Under the pieces are notes generated by a model that was not told the origin of the DNA, ran no database searches, and saw only the letters and a program-made list of their open reading frames with translations. Source: Opitutales bacterium (lineage in GTDB: Bacteria; Verrucomicrobiota; Verrucomicrobiia; Opitutales; Coraliomargaritaceae). From it: a stretch of DNA of 64,000 bases. Positions 28,218 to 37,518 of the stretch are shown here, in pieces (position 1 is the stretch's first letter; every line of letters begins with the position of its first letter). Position numbers and translations under genes: made by a program. The stretch spans positions 19,105-83,104 of the forward strand of contig JBMYNR010000002.1 in the NCBI GenBank assembly GCA_049598495.1, in the 5' to 3' direction.

Positions 28218-29051
28218 ATGCAAATCCTTTTTCGCCATACAATTGTTACATTTTTATCCAGCACCTTTCTGGCTGGGGCAGTCTGTGCAGGTACGGTGAT
28301 CATTAAGGGCTCGGACACATTGGGGGCAAAACTGATCCCTCAGCTTGTCGAAACATACCGCGCCACTCTGGATGACGGTGGCGAAAACCTCGCTTTTGAG
28401 ATCGCGGCCGAGGGCTCGACGACCGGCGTAGCTGCGATTCTTGAAGGCAGTGCCGACATTGGGATGCTTTCTCGAGGATTGGACGCTAAAGAGTACCGCC
28501 GTGCAGAAATTCGCGGGCTCGAGCTCGAGATTCTTAAAGTGGCACGGGACGGTCTTGCAGTGATCGTCAACGAGAATAATCCACTGACGGAACTAAGCTC
28601 CCAAGAAGTGGAAGCCATATTCACAGGCGACATTCAAAACTGGGCCGCGCTCTCCTTGTTCGCAGGCGACATATCGATTTATACCCGCAGCACTGCCTCC
28701 GGAAGCTTTGGCGCATTCCAAAGCCTAGCGCTCAACAATCGTGACTACAGCTTGAACTCTCAAAAGATGACGGGTAATGAACAGATTGCGTCAGAGGTCG
28801 CTTCGAACCCTTACGGCATCGGTTATGTCGGCCTGGCCTACACGAGAACTCCCGGAGTGAAAGCACTCCCCATTGATGGACTGATGCCTGACGAGTCCGG
28901 ATATACTTACGAGCGAGAGCTGTATTTCCTCATCGACAAGAATCGCGAAATGAGCGCGGAGGCTCGAGACTTTATAGACTTTTGCCTAAACGCCCGCGGC
29001 CAGCGGATCGTTACACGCATCAACTTTCTGCCATCGGCAAACACACAATAG
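28218..29051 (+). CDS. pstS: phosphate ABC transporter substrate-binding protein PstS
   Basis: 277 aa. Signal peptide, IKGSDTLG; first gene of pstSCAB-phoU. Confidence 0.85.
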   Translation: MQILFRHTIVTFLSSTFLAGAVCAGTVIIKGSDTLGAKLIPQLVETYRATLDDGGENLAFEIAAEGSTTGVAAILEGSADIGMLSRGLDAKEYRRAEIRGLELEILKVARDGLAVIVNENNPLTELSSQEVEAIFTGDIQNWAALSLFAGDISIYTRSTASGSFGAFQSLALNNRDYSLNSQKMTGNEQIASEVASNPYGIGYVGLAYTRTPGVKALPIDGLMPDESGYTYERELYFLIDKNREMSAEARDFIDFCLNARGQRIVTRINFLPSANTQ

Positions 29052-29053
29052 CG

Positions 29054-30592
29054 ATGGAGCCGAGCCAAGATCATAGCCATTCCGAATCGGGGATGGCCCT
29101 AAAAGCTGGAATGTCCACGTCGGCAAACCGCCGCTTTGAGAAAACGTTCAAGAACCTGTTTCAATCGACCGCTTTTGTCACAATCTGTATACTTGGTCTG
29201 ATCATCCTCTTTTTGCTTAAAGAGGGCCTTGGATTTGTTGGCAGCTATACCGAGAGTCTCAGAGAATATCGGAGCTCCGGCTTGGAGTATGTCGACCTCA
29301 TGGAGAACAAATATCGCGACTCCATCGAACTACAGAACGAACTAACCCAAATCCGAGCGGACTGGATCAAACGCTTACAGGACGATCGACAAGACCAACG
29401 GGTCATTCAGCAAACGATTGGAGACTCCGAGTTCAGTGCGCTATTTGCCGAGCTTCGGGAAACGACACTTCCACTCGGGGCCTATCTGAAGGAAAAGCGC
29501 GACTATGTCATGCACGCCAGAAACGATTCGGAGGAGGCCATTTTCGATCAAGCCTACCTTGAGGGCCTTCAATCCGACCGTGAGCGCTACGACAGTATCA
29601 TTTCCCAACTCGCGGAGGCACAGATCGCGTTGACCCGCGAGCTCGCAGTATTTCAGACAGGCCAGAAAGGCCTAGACCGAAGGCTGCAGAAGGCGGAGGC
29701 AACGGCTCTTGCTTACAGCGGAGGAGTTATTCATCACCTTGAGAGCCTTAGCGCGTGGAAAGCGGACGCCTCGATTTCAGAGTTCCGTGCGCTCATTTCG
29801 TTTTTTACCGGCCGGCATTGGATCACTGCGAGTGACCAACAAGATTGGTATGGCCTTCTTCCGCTTCTAACGGGTTCTATCCTCATAAGCGCGATCGCGA
29901 TGACGATTGCGATCCCGACCGCAATTGGTGCCGCAATCTACATCAACCAGTTCGCCAGTAAGGCCGAACGCACTCTAGTAAAGCCCTACATCGAATTTAT
30001 CTCCGCGCTCCCATCTGTGGTCATTGGTTTTTTTGGAGTCATGCTCTTTGGCGAATGGATGCGCACTTTCTCGAACATGGACGCATTTGCCTGGCTGCCA
30101 TTTTTCCCGATCGAAGAACGGCTGAACGCTTTCACTGCGGGCGCCCTCCTCGCCCTCATGGCGATACCAACGATCTTCACTCTGACTGAAGACGCACTCG
30201 AAAACGTTTCAAACTCCCTCAAGGAAGCATCACACGCAGTCGGAGCGACAAAGCTTCAAACCACCTTTCGCATCATTCTCCCAACTGCAATCAGCGGGGT
30301 GATCTCCGCAGTCATGCTCGGATTTGGACGAGTCATTGGCGAAACGATGGTCGTTCTACTTTGTGCGGGCAATCGAATCAAGATTCCCGAAATCGATCTG
30401 GGAGGCGAGTTTCTCTTCGAGCCCGTGCATAGCATGACGGGTATCATCGCCCAGGAGATGGGAGAAGTTGTTTACGGGGGCCTCCACTATCGAGCCCTCT
30501 TTATGGTCGGGATCGTCCTGTTCCTAGTCTCACTTGCGGTGAACTACGGCGCTCAGGTCTTCGCGAAGAAATTCACCCCAAAGATGAGGTAA
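29054..30592 (+). CDS. pstC: phosphate ABC transporter permease PstC (long form with ~210-aa insert)
   Basis: I prefer the ATG at 29054 over the TTG at 28982, which overlaps pstS. C-terminal permease core with ASHAVGATKLQTTFRIILP. Confidence 0.85.
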   Translation: MEPSQDHSHSESGMALKAGMSTSANRRFEKTFKNLFQSTAFVTICILGLIILFLLKEGLGFVGSYTESLREYRSSGLEYVDLMENKYRDSIELQNELTQIRADWIKRLQDDRQDQRVIQQTIGDSEFSALFAELRETTLPLGAYLKEKRDYVMHARNDSEEAIFDQAYLEGLQSDRERYDSIISQLAEAQIALTRELAVFQTGQKGLDRRLQKAEATALAYSGGVIHHLESLSAWKADASISEFRALISFFTGRHWITASDQQDWYGLLPLLTGSILISAIAMTIAIPTAIGAAIYINQFASKAERTLVKPYIEFISALPSVVIGFFGVMLFGEWMRTFSNMDAFAWLPFFPIEERLNAFTAGALLALMAIPTIFTLTEDALENVSNSLKEASHAVGATKLQTTFRIILPTAISGVISAVMLGFGRVIGETMVVLLCAGNRIKIPEIDLGGEFLFEPVHSMTGIIAQEMGEVVYGGLHYRALFMVGIVLFLVSLAVNYGAQVFAKKFTPKMR

Positions 30593-30600
30593 CTGGTAAC

Positions 30601-31806
30601 ATGAATGGTCCAAGCTTTGCCTCCGGGGGATCCACCCAGTCTAGGCGCTCGAAAGTAAAACAGCGAGTGATGGTCGTGCTTCTGTTCATCGCCACCTACT
30701 CCATAGTAGCGAGTGTCGGCGTCATCTTCGCCACAATCACTTACCAAGGCTCCAAGGTCGTCTTCCAGCCACAGTACCCATTCATCAACACGGCATTTCT
30801 TACACAGACTCCCGAAACGCTTCATGTTTACAAACCTCGCGCAACCGAGAACCGCTTACTGGAAAAGCAACGAACTCGGATCCAATACGAGCAACAACTC
30901 AGCCCCTACGCGGGTAATACACTCGAGCAACAGACAGAGATTCTCGCTCAACTTGAGATCTTAAACGCCGAAATTGAGGAGCTCGAAAAGCAGTCTCAAA
31001 TCGGCGAGATACGATTGAGTGAAGCCGAATTTCGTGCGCTCACCGATAAACCCTCACTCGAACAATTTACCTACGAAAACTTCGCCTATAGCGCGGGCGG
31101 GATTGGTCCGGCGATAGCCGGCACGGCAATATTGGTCGTCGGCTCCATCGCGATTGCTCTAACCCTTGGTATTCTCTGCGCGATCTATTTGAATGAGTAC
31201 AGCCCACATGGACGCTTTTCTAGATGGGTGCGGCTATCCGTCCTAAACCTAGCCGGCGTACCTTCCATAGTCTTCGGCCTATTTGGATTCGGAATCTTCG
31301 TACTCTTTCTTGGCTGGGGCGTGTCTGTTCTTGCGGGATGGTTCACTCTTTCTGTCATGGTCCTGCCCATCGTGATTGCATCCAGCCAAGAGGCCATACG
31401 CGCTGTGCCTAACTCATTCAGAGAAGGCTCGCTTGCACTCGGAGCATCTAAATGGACAACGATTCGAACCAATGTCCTGCCCCACGCCCTCCCAGGTATG
31501 TTGACCTCGTCAATCCTGAGTATCGCTCGGGTCGCGGGAGAAACTGCCCCGATCATGTTCACCGCAGCCTTCGCTCTGCGTGACCAGCTGCCGTGGGAAG
31601 GTCTCTCCAAATGGAGCGATTTCTTTTTTCAGGGCGTGATGGCCTTGCCCTATCACATATATGTGGTCAGTTCAAAGATACCCCAAAATGAGTATACCCT
31701 ACGAATGCAATACGGCGCGACATTCGTATTCCTCGTTCTCATCGGCGTTTTTGCATTAACCAGCATCCTACTACGGATCAGAATACGGCAGAAACAACGC
31801 TGGTAA
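30601..31806 (+). CDS. pstA: phosphate ABC transporter permease PstA (long form)
   Basis: 401 aa. [24 protein letters not shown]. Confidence 0.85.
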   Translation: MNGPSFASGGSTQSRRSKVKQRVMVVLLFIATYSIVASVGVIFATITYQGSKVVFQPQYPFINTAFLTQTPETLHVYKPRATENRLLEKQRTRIQYEQQLSPYAGNTLEQQTEILAQLEILNAEIEELEKQSQIGEIRLSEAEFRALTDKPSLEQFTYENFAYSAGGIGPAIAGTAILVVGSIAIALTLGILCAIYLNEYSPHGRFSRWVRLSVLNLAGVPSIVFGLFGFGIFVLFLGWGVSVLAGWFTLSVMVLPIVIASSQEAIRAVPNSFREGSLALGASKWTTIRTNVLPHALPGMLTSSILSIARVAGETAPIMFTAAFALRDQLPWEGLSKWSDFFFQGVMALPYHIYVVSSKIPQNEYTLRMQYGATFVFLVLIGVFALTSILLRIRIRQKQRW

Positions 31807-31826
31807 TCGAAAGACTTTATAGACAG

Positions 31827-32621
31827 ATGGCCCAAGAAAGCTCCAAGACCACTCAAGAAGAGAAACCACCCATCATCCGGGTGAAGAACTTCGACTTCAC
31901 ATACGGTGAGGCCCAGGCACTCTTCGATATCAGTATGGATGTCCGCGAGAAAGAGGTCACCGCATTCATCGGACCGTCCGGCTGCGGCAAGTCGACCTTT
32001 CTCCGCTGTTTCAACCGGATGAACGACCTGATCGACATCGCCCGAATCAAGGGAGGCTCAGTTGAGATTAATGGAGTCGATATCTATGAAAAGGACGTCG
32101 ATGTGATCGAACTCCGCAAACACGTGGGGATGGTGTTTCAGAAGTCGAACCCCTTTCCCAAATCGATTTACGAGAACATCGCCTACGGGCTCCGCATTCA
32201 GGGCATCAAGAAGAAATCCATCCTCGACGATGTTGTGGAAGACTGCCTTCGGGGTGCCGCGCTTTGGGACGAGGTCAAGGACCGCCTCAACGAGAGCGCC
32301 CTCGGGATGTCTGGCGGGCAGCAGCAGCGCCTTTGCATTGCCCGCGCACTCGCCGTCAAGCCGGAGATCCTCCTGATGGACGAGCCCTGCTCCGCGCTCG
32401 ATCCGATCGCCACCGCCAAGGTTGAAGAGCTTATCCACGAGTTAAAGAAGGACTACACCATCGTGATCGTGACACACAATATGCAGCAGGCTGCGCGAGT
32501 GTCCGACCGAACCGCGTTCTTCTACCTTGGAAAGCTGATCGAATACGATGTAACGGACACCATTTTCATGAACCCGAATAACGAACAGACTGAGGCCTAC
32601 GTTTCAGGCCGCTTCGGCTAA
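31827..32621 (+). CDS. pstB: phosphate ABC transporter ATP-binding protein PstB
   Basis: 264 aa. [35 protein letters not shown]. Confidence 0.95.
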   Translation: MAQESSKTTQEEKPPIIRVKNFDFTYGEAQALFDISMDVREKEVTAFIGPSGCGKSTFLRCFNRMNDLIDIARIKGGSVEINGVDIYEKDVDVIELRKHVGMVFQKSNPFPKSIYENIAYGLRIQGIKKKSILDDVVEDCLRGAALWDEVKDRLNESALGMSGGQQQRLCIARALAVKPEILLMDEPCSALDPIATAKVEELIHELKKDYTIVIVTHNMQQAARVSDRTAFFYLGKLIEYDVTDTIFMNPNNEQTEAYVSGRFG

Positions 32622-32726
32622 TATGTTGGTTTACCTAAAGGCGGCTTGGGCGAGGATAACCGCCTAAAGGCGGGACTCCAACACCACTCAACCACTTAAC
32701 TATTTGACCACTTAACCACGACTACC

Positions 32727-33365
32727 ATGCAACGCTATTTCCACAAAGAACTCGAAGTGATTCGAAGTAAACTGATCCTCATCGGCGAAAAGGCCAATGA
32801 AGCCGGGCGGCTCGCCGTCGAGGGCTTCATCCAAAGTGATCTCGAAAAGACCCAAGCAGCCGTGAAGATGGACGACGAGATCGACGATCTCGAAATCGAG
32901 ATCGACCGCGATGCGGTCCGCTATATCACCCTGCGCTCGCCCGTCTCCGCAGATGTGCGGCTCATCTTCGTTGCGATCAAGGCCAGTCACGACCTGGAAA
33001 GAGCCGGCGACGAGGCGCACAGTATCGCCAAACGTACCCGGAGCATTCTGACTCGCGACGGCAAGGTAACGAACCCGGTTAAAATCCAGGAAATGAGCGT
33101 GCTCGCATTTGCCATGATGCGCGATGCCATCACCGCCTTCCTTGATGAAAATCTCGAAATGGCCGAGGGGATCATTGAGCGCGACAGAGAGGTCGACCGC
33201 CTCAACAAGGATAACTACAAGGCGCTTTCGAAGGGAGTAAAAGAAGACAGCGGTGAAGCCTCCACCAGCATCGAGACCATCCTCATCTCAAAGTCGATCG
33301 AGCGGATTGCCGATCACGCCAAGAATCTAGCCGAAGAGGTCATTTACCTGTTAACGGGGGAATAG
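32727..33365 (+). CDS. phoU: phosphate signalling regulator PhoU
   Basis: 212 aa. Two PhoU repeats with DLERAGDEA and [14 protein letters not shown]. Confidence 0.9.
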   Translation: MQRYFHKELEVIRSKLILIGEKANEAGRLAVEGFIQSDLEKTQAAVKMDDEIDDLEIEIDRDAVRYITLRSPVSADVRLIFVAIKASHDLERAGDEAHSIAKRTRSILTRDGKVTNPVKIQEMSVLAFAMMRDAITAFLDENLEMAEGIIERDREVDRLNKDNYKALSKGVKEDSGEASTSIETILISKSIERIADHAKNLAEEVIYLLTGE

Positions 33366-33429
33366 ATTGTAGAACGCTGACGACGGAGCACGGCAGCACC
33401 CGGATGACGGGGCTTACATGAACACAGTT

Positions 33430-33520
33430 GCGGGTTCCTCACAATGGCTTTCGCCATCGTGCTACAGGAGCGGAAGCGGGTACCTCACAATGGCTTTCGC
33501 CATCGTGCTACAGGAACGGA
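33430..33520. repeat. two tandem 46-nt units, each carrying a REP-like hairpin + CTACAG
   Basis: GCGGGT(T/A)CCTCACAATGGCTTTCGCCATCGTGCTACAGGA(G/A)CGGA. Units start at 33430 and 33476, with 2 mismatches. Confidence 0.9.
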
Positions 33521-33668
33521 AATTCAACCGTACATTTATTGATAAGCCTATTTTCTCCTATTAATTTGGCGCTCTTCCTGCTAGTCTACATAGGCTGATG
33601 TGATCGCCCAGAGAGACCTGAGGCGCTGTCGGCAACAACCACTCATCGAAATCCGAAATTCAGTCATT

Positions 33669-34124
33669 ATGGCTAAGAAAACTACAGTCAAGAAGGCCAC
33701 GAAGAAGGCCCCCGCAAAAAAAGCTGCTAAAAAAGTAGCCGCCAAAAAGGCCCCCGTAAAGAAGGCCGCTAAAAAGATCCCGGCCAAGAAAGCAGCCAAA
33801 AAGGTCGCCGCTAAGAAAGCGCCCGCCAAGAAGGCCGCGAAAAAGGCTGCCCCTAAGAAGGTCATCAAGACCTCCGTCATTGCTCGCGTTGATGTCGGCT
33901 TTGGTAACAGCCTCTACATACGCGGCGAAGGTGCCGGCCTCTCGTGGGACAAGGGCGTTCAGCTCGACAATGTCAGCCCATACGAGTGGTCGTTCTCCAG
34001 CACCAATGCAAAGGGCGCTGTCACCTTCAAGTTCCTCATCAACGATGAGATCTGGGCAGAAGGTGACGACATCACGGTTGCAAAGGGCGATACATCGATC
34101 AGCTCACCGGTCTTCACCTGGTAG
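33669..34124 (+). CDS. histone-H1-like Lys/Ala-rich N-terminal tail fused to a small beta-sandwich, CBM20/48-like domain
   Basis: Start at ATG 33669 (MAKKTTVKKATKKAPAKKAAKK...). C-terminal VDVGFGNSLYIRGEGAGLSWDKGVQL...WSF...VTFKFLINDEIWAEGDDITV fits a G-x-L-x-I-x-G...W...FKF...W-E-G pattern. Confidence 0.7.
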   Translation: MAKKTTVKKATKKAPAKKAAKKVAAKKAPVKKAAKKIPAKKAAKKVAAKKAPAKKAAKKAAPKKVIKTSVIARVDVGFGNSLYIRGEGAGLSWDKGVQLDNVSPYEWSFSSTNAKGAVTFKFLINDEIWAEGDDITVAKGDTSISSPVFTW

Positions 34125-34180
34125 TCGATCCAAGATTCCATTCTTCAAAGCCCGTCGGATTTCCGGCGGGCTTTTTCATA

Positions 34181-36697
34181 TCACATGGAATCGAGATCGA
34201 CCATGATCTCCCGTGGGCTCGAACCATTTTCGGGGCCGACGATCCCGCGATCTTCGAGCTCCTCCATAAGGCGGGCCGCCCGGTTGTAGCCGATACGAAG
34301 CCGTCGCTGCAGCATCGAGGTCGACGCACGCTTGGTTGAGCGGAGCACATCAATCGCCTGAGGCAGCATCTCGTCGCCATCGGTCGGGCCGCCGTCATCG
34401 CCCAGTGGGTCTTCCCCGCCCGCATCGATTTGTTTCTGAACCTCTTCAGCAAACTGAGGCGGCTCGTTCTTTTCCTTCAGGAATTCGACGATCGCGTTGA
34501 TTTCTTCATCGGCCACGAAGGCGCCCTGCGCTCGCACAAGATTGGATGTGCCCGGGGGGATAAAGAGCATGTCTCCCTTGCCGATGAGCGCCTCCGCGCC
34601 GCCGCCATCAAGAATCGTTCGGCTGTCGATCTTTGAGGCCACCTTGAATGAAATACGGCTCGGCAAGTTAGCCTTGATCACGCCCGTGATCACGTTGACC
34701 GAGGGGCGCTGCGTCGCGAGGATCAAGTGAATGCCTGCGGCCCGGGCAAGCTGGGCGATACGTGCAATGCAGGTCTCAATATCGGCCGGTGCCACCATCA
34801 TCAAATCAGCGAGCTCATCAATGACGCAAACAATATAGGGCAACTTCTTTTTAGGCACCTCAAAGGCATCATCATCCCGAGGGACTTCCATTTGCTGAAG
34901 CGCAGCCCGCTCTTCCGGGCTCATTTCCGCATCCATGGCCTTCGCCTGCTCCTCCTTGTCCTTCGCTATCTTCGCATTGAAGCCGGCAATGTTGCGCACG
35001 TTGCTCTTGGCGAAAATCTGATAGCGGTGATCCATTTCGGCAATCAGCCACTTGAGTGCACCAGGCACCTTCTTTGGCTCAGTCACAACTGGAATCAGCA
35101 TGTGGGGCAGCGAATTATACATCTGCATTTCGACCACCTTGGGGTCGACCATGATAAAGCGGAGATCCTCTGGGCCGGAGTGGTAGAGCAGCGATGCGAT
35201 GATCGCATTAATACAGACGGTCTTACCGGAACCCGTGGAACCTGCGATCAGAACGTGCGGCATCTTCGTCAAATCAGTGACCATAGGCTTACCGGTGACG
35301 TCTTTCCCGAGCACGATGGGGATCTCCGCGTTGGCCTCAGCCCAAGCCTTGGACTCGACAATATCGCGCATGCAAACTGCCTGTGCGATTTTGTTCGGCA
35401 CCTCAATTCCAACAGTCCCTTTGCCGGGAACCGGAGCAAGTATACGGACCGACATGGCCTTGAGCCCGAGGGCGATATTCTTGTCGAGGTTCACAATCTT
35501 CTCAACGCGCACGCCCGGCGCCGGCGTCACTTCGTAGCGAGTAATCACAGGCCCGGTGTGAATCTCGCCGGGGATGACTTTGACCCCAAACTCCTCTAAG
35601 GTACGCACGAGTGCCTGCATGGTGCCCGCGTGGTCCTCTGGCGACTGATTGCCGACATCCGGAGCCTCCGAAAGTAGATTAAGAGGGGGAAAAACGTAGT
35701 CGCCCCGACGCTCGGGGATGCGCGCGGCGGCCTTTTCCGTCTTCTCTCCGGAAATGATCTTAATTGTGGCAGGGTCCAGCGCGGGCTTTTTGGGCTCCGG
35801 TTCAGGAGACTCGGACGAGGGCTTCTTCTTGAGCATCGAAGCAGTTTTGGTCACCGCCGGCGGCGGAGTGGGTGCGCCACTCAGGAGAGACGGCTTACGG
35901 CCATCGTCCTCCAACTCCGCTTCATCTTCGGGATCTTCCACGCATATATTGTTTTTCTCGGCCTTAATCGCCGCACGATTCGCCTTGGCCTGAACTTTGG
36001 CCAGCGCCGCTTCTTCTTTGGCCATGCGCTTGGCTTCCGCCAATGCAGCTTTTCGCGCCTTTCGCTCTTCCTTCGACTCGGCCCAGCCTGCGAGAAAATT
36101 ACGGTAGGCATTTTGGATGTAATCGAGGAAACGCCTTAGATTATCGGTAAAAATCAGAAACGAGCCAATCATCAGCCCCATCAAGAGAATCAGAAAGGTG
36201 CCGAATGCGCCGACATAGGGCTCCATTAACACCGGGCCCAGCCTTTCGCCGATCCAACCGCCAAACCCGTTTGAAAGTTGCTCCTCAAAGACACTCCCCT
36301 CAACGGCTGCCGCCGGTCGCATCATGGCGATTAGGCTGGATGCGCAAGCAAGTGTGATCGGGGACACGATCCCCACGAGCAGACGTTTCCCGGGGTCCTG
36401 TTGAATCAATAAGCGAACACCAAACCAGAGAAGCAGCAGCGGCAAGAGGAAGATCCCGACCCCGAATAGATGAAAGCCAAAGAAGCCAATATGGCTGCCG
36501 AAATATCCGACAAGGTTAGGATCGCTTGGATCCGTCGCATTGTATTGCTCTGTATTGTAGTCGAAGAGCGAAACCGCGACGAGCGCGGCCAGGGTAAAAA
36601 AGAGGAGCGCCCAGATGGGCCTCGACCTTGCTTTGCGAGGCTGGGAAACCACCTTCTTATTGACGACTTTCTTCTTTGCTTTGCGTGCCATAGACAA
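34181..36697 (-). CDS. ftsK: DNA translocase FtsK
   Basis: 838 aa. N-terminal TM helices, Walker A IAGSTGSGKTVCIN, VIDELADLMM, gamma domain ASTSMLQRRLRIGYNRAARLMEELE. Confidence 0.95.
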   Translation of the reverse strand: MSMARKAKKKVVNKKVVSQPRKARSRPIWALLFFTLAALVAVSLFDYNTEQYNATDPSDPNLVGYFGSHIGFFGFHLFGVGIFLLPLLLLWFGVRLLIQQDPGKRLLVGIVSPITLACASSLIAMMRPAAAVEGSVFEEQLSNGFGGWIGERLGPVLMEPYVGAFGTFLILLMGLMIGSFLIFTDNLRRFLDYIQNAYRNFLAGWAESKEERKARKAALAEAKRMAKEEAALAKVQAKANRAAIKAEKNNICVEDPEDEAELEDDGRKPSLLSGAPTPPPAVTKTASMLKKKPSSESPEPEPKKPALDPATIKIISGEKTEKAAARIPERRGDYVFPPLNLLSEAPDVGNQSPEDHAGTMQALVRTLEEFGVKVIPGEIHTGPVITRYEVTPAPGVRVEKIVNLDKNIALGLKAMSVRILAPVPGKGTVGIEVPNKIAQAVCMRDIVESKAWAEANAEIPIVLGKDVTGKPMVTDLTKMPHVLIAGSTGSGKTVCINAIIASLLYHSGPEDLRFIMVDPKVVEMQMYNSLPHMLIPVVTEPKKVPGALKWLIAEMDHRYQIFAKSNVRNIAGFNAKIAKDKEEQAKAMDAEMSPEERAALQQMEVPRDDDAFEVPKKKLPYIVCVIDELADLMMVAPADIETCIARIAQLARAAGIHLILATQRPSVNVITGVIKANLPSRISFKVASKIDSRTILDGGGAEALIGKGDMLFIPPGTSNLVRAQGAFVADEEINAIVEFLKEKNEPPQFAEEVQKQIDAGGEDPLGDDGGPTDGDEMLPQAIDVLRSTKRASTSMLQRRLRIGYNRAARLMEELEDRGIVGPENGSSPREIMVDLDSM

Positions 36698-36827
36698 ACT
36701 CTATAGTTAGTTGCCCCTGCTCGAATAACAAGATTCGATTGAACCCTTCGTTTACGCGGACATTACAAGGAAAAAGACTCCGCCAACCGGAGCTGACGGA
36801 GCCAAAATAAGCGAGCGAAGCGACTCT

Positions 36828-37352
36828 TTAATGAGAGCAACCGCAGCCAGCCTCATCTCCACCGCCGCCGCAGCAACCGCCACCTTGATGGATATGGCCG
36901 TGGGCAATCTCCTCTTCTGTAGCCGAACGGACCTCCTGAACGGTCACATTGAAGTTCAAATGCTTGCCCGCAAGCGGGTGGTTGCCGTCGACGGTGACGT
37001 CGTCGTCCTCAACCTTGATGACACGGACGGAAACAGGGCCCTGATCTGTGTTGGCCTGAAACTGCATTCCGACCTCTAGTTGATCAATTCCCTGGAAACG
37101 GTCGCGCGGCACCACTTGCTCGAGACTCGGATTGGCTTGGCCATAACCATCCTCGGGAGCCACTCTCACGTCCACCGTGTCGCCGGCGGATTTGCCTTCC
37201 AAAGCGGCCTCAAGGCCGGGAATGATATTCTTATGCCCGTGCAGATAGGCCAGAGGCTGCCCCGGTTGGGATTGGTCCAAAAGTGTTCCTTCGTCATCTT
37301 TCAAGGCATAGTCCATTGAGACGACGGTTCCATCTGCTATTTGCATAGTCAT
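36828..37352 (-). CDS. slyD: FKBP-type peptidyl-prolyl isomerase SlyD with Cys/His/Gly metal-binding tail
   Basis: 174 aa. VSMDYALKDDEGTLLD, NHPLAGKHLNFNVTV, tail HGHIHQGGGCCGGGGDEAGCGCSH. Confidence 0.85.
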   Translation of the reverse strand: MTMQIADGTVVSMDYALKDDEGTLLDQSQPGQPLAYLHGHKNIIPGLEAALEGKSAGDTVDVRVAPEDGYGQANPSLEQVVPRDRFQGIDQLEVGMQFQANTDQGPVSVRVIKVEDDDVTVDGNHPLAGKHLNFNVTVQEVRSATEEEIAHGHIHQGGGCCGGGGDEAGCGCSH

Positions 37353-37518
37353 TTTCGAGTTAGTTTTAAAATGCGAGTCTCCGAGAAATAGGGCAAAGCC
37401 CCATCAGGTCAAAAACGAAAGCGATATAATTTCTCCCCCTTGGCATGGTCCGGGTAAACTCACTTGACGGTGAGGGGAAAAAGAGGGTTCTCTTGAAACC
37501 AGTATTCCATTCCGGTTC

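Noticed and set aside
28982-29053. TTG-initiated 24-aa extension of pstC
   Set aside because: It overlaps the end of pstS by 70 nt. The ATG at 29054, right after the pstS stop, is the simpler start.
34727-35599. 290-aa plus-strand ORF
   Set aside because: It is antisense to the FtsK motor domain.
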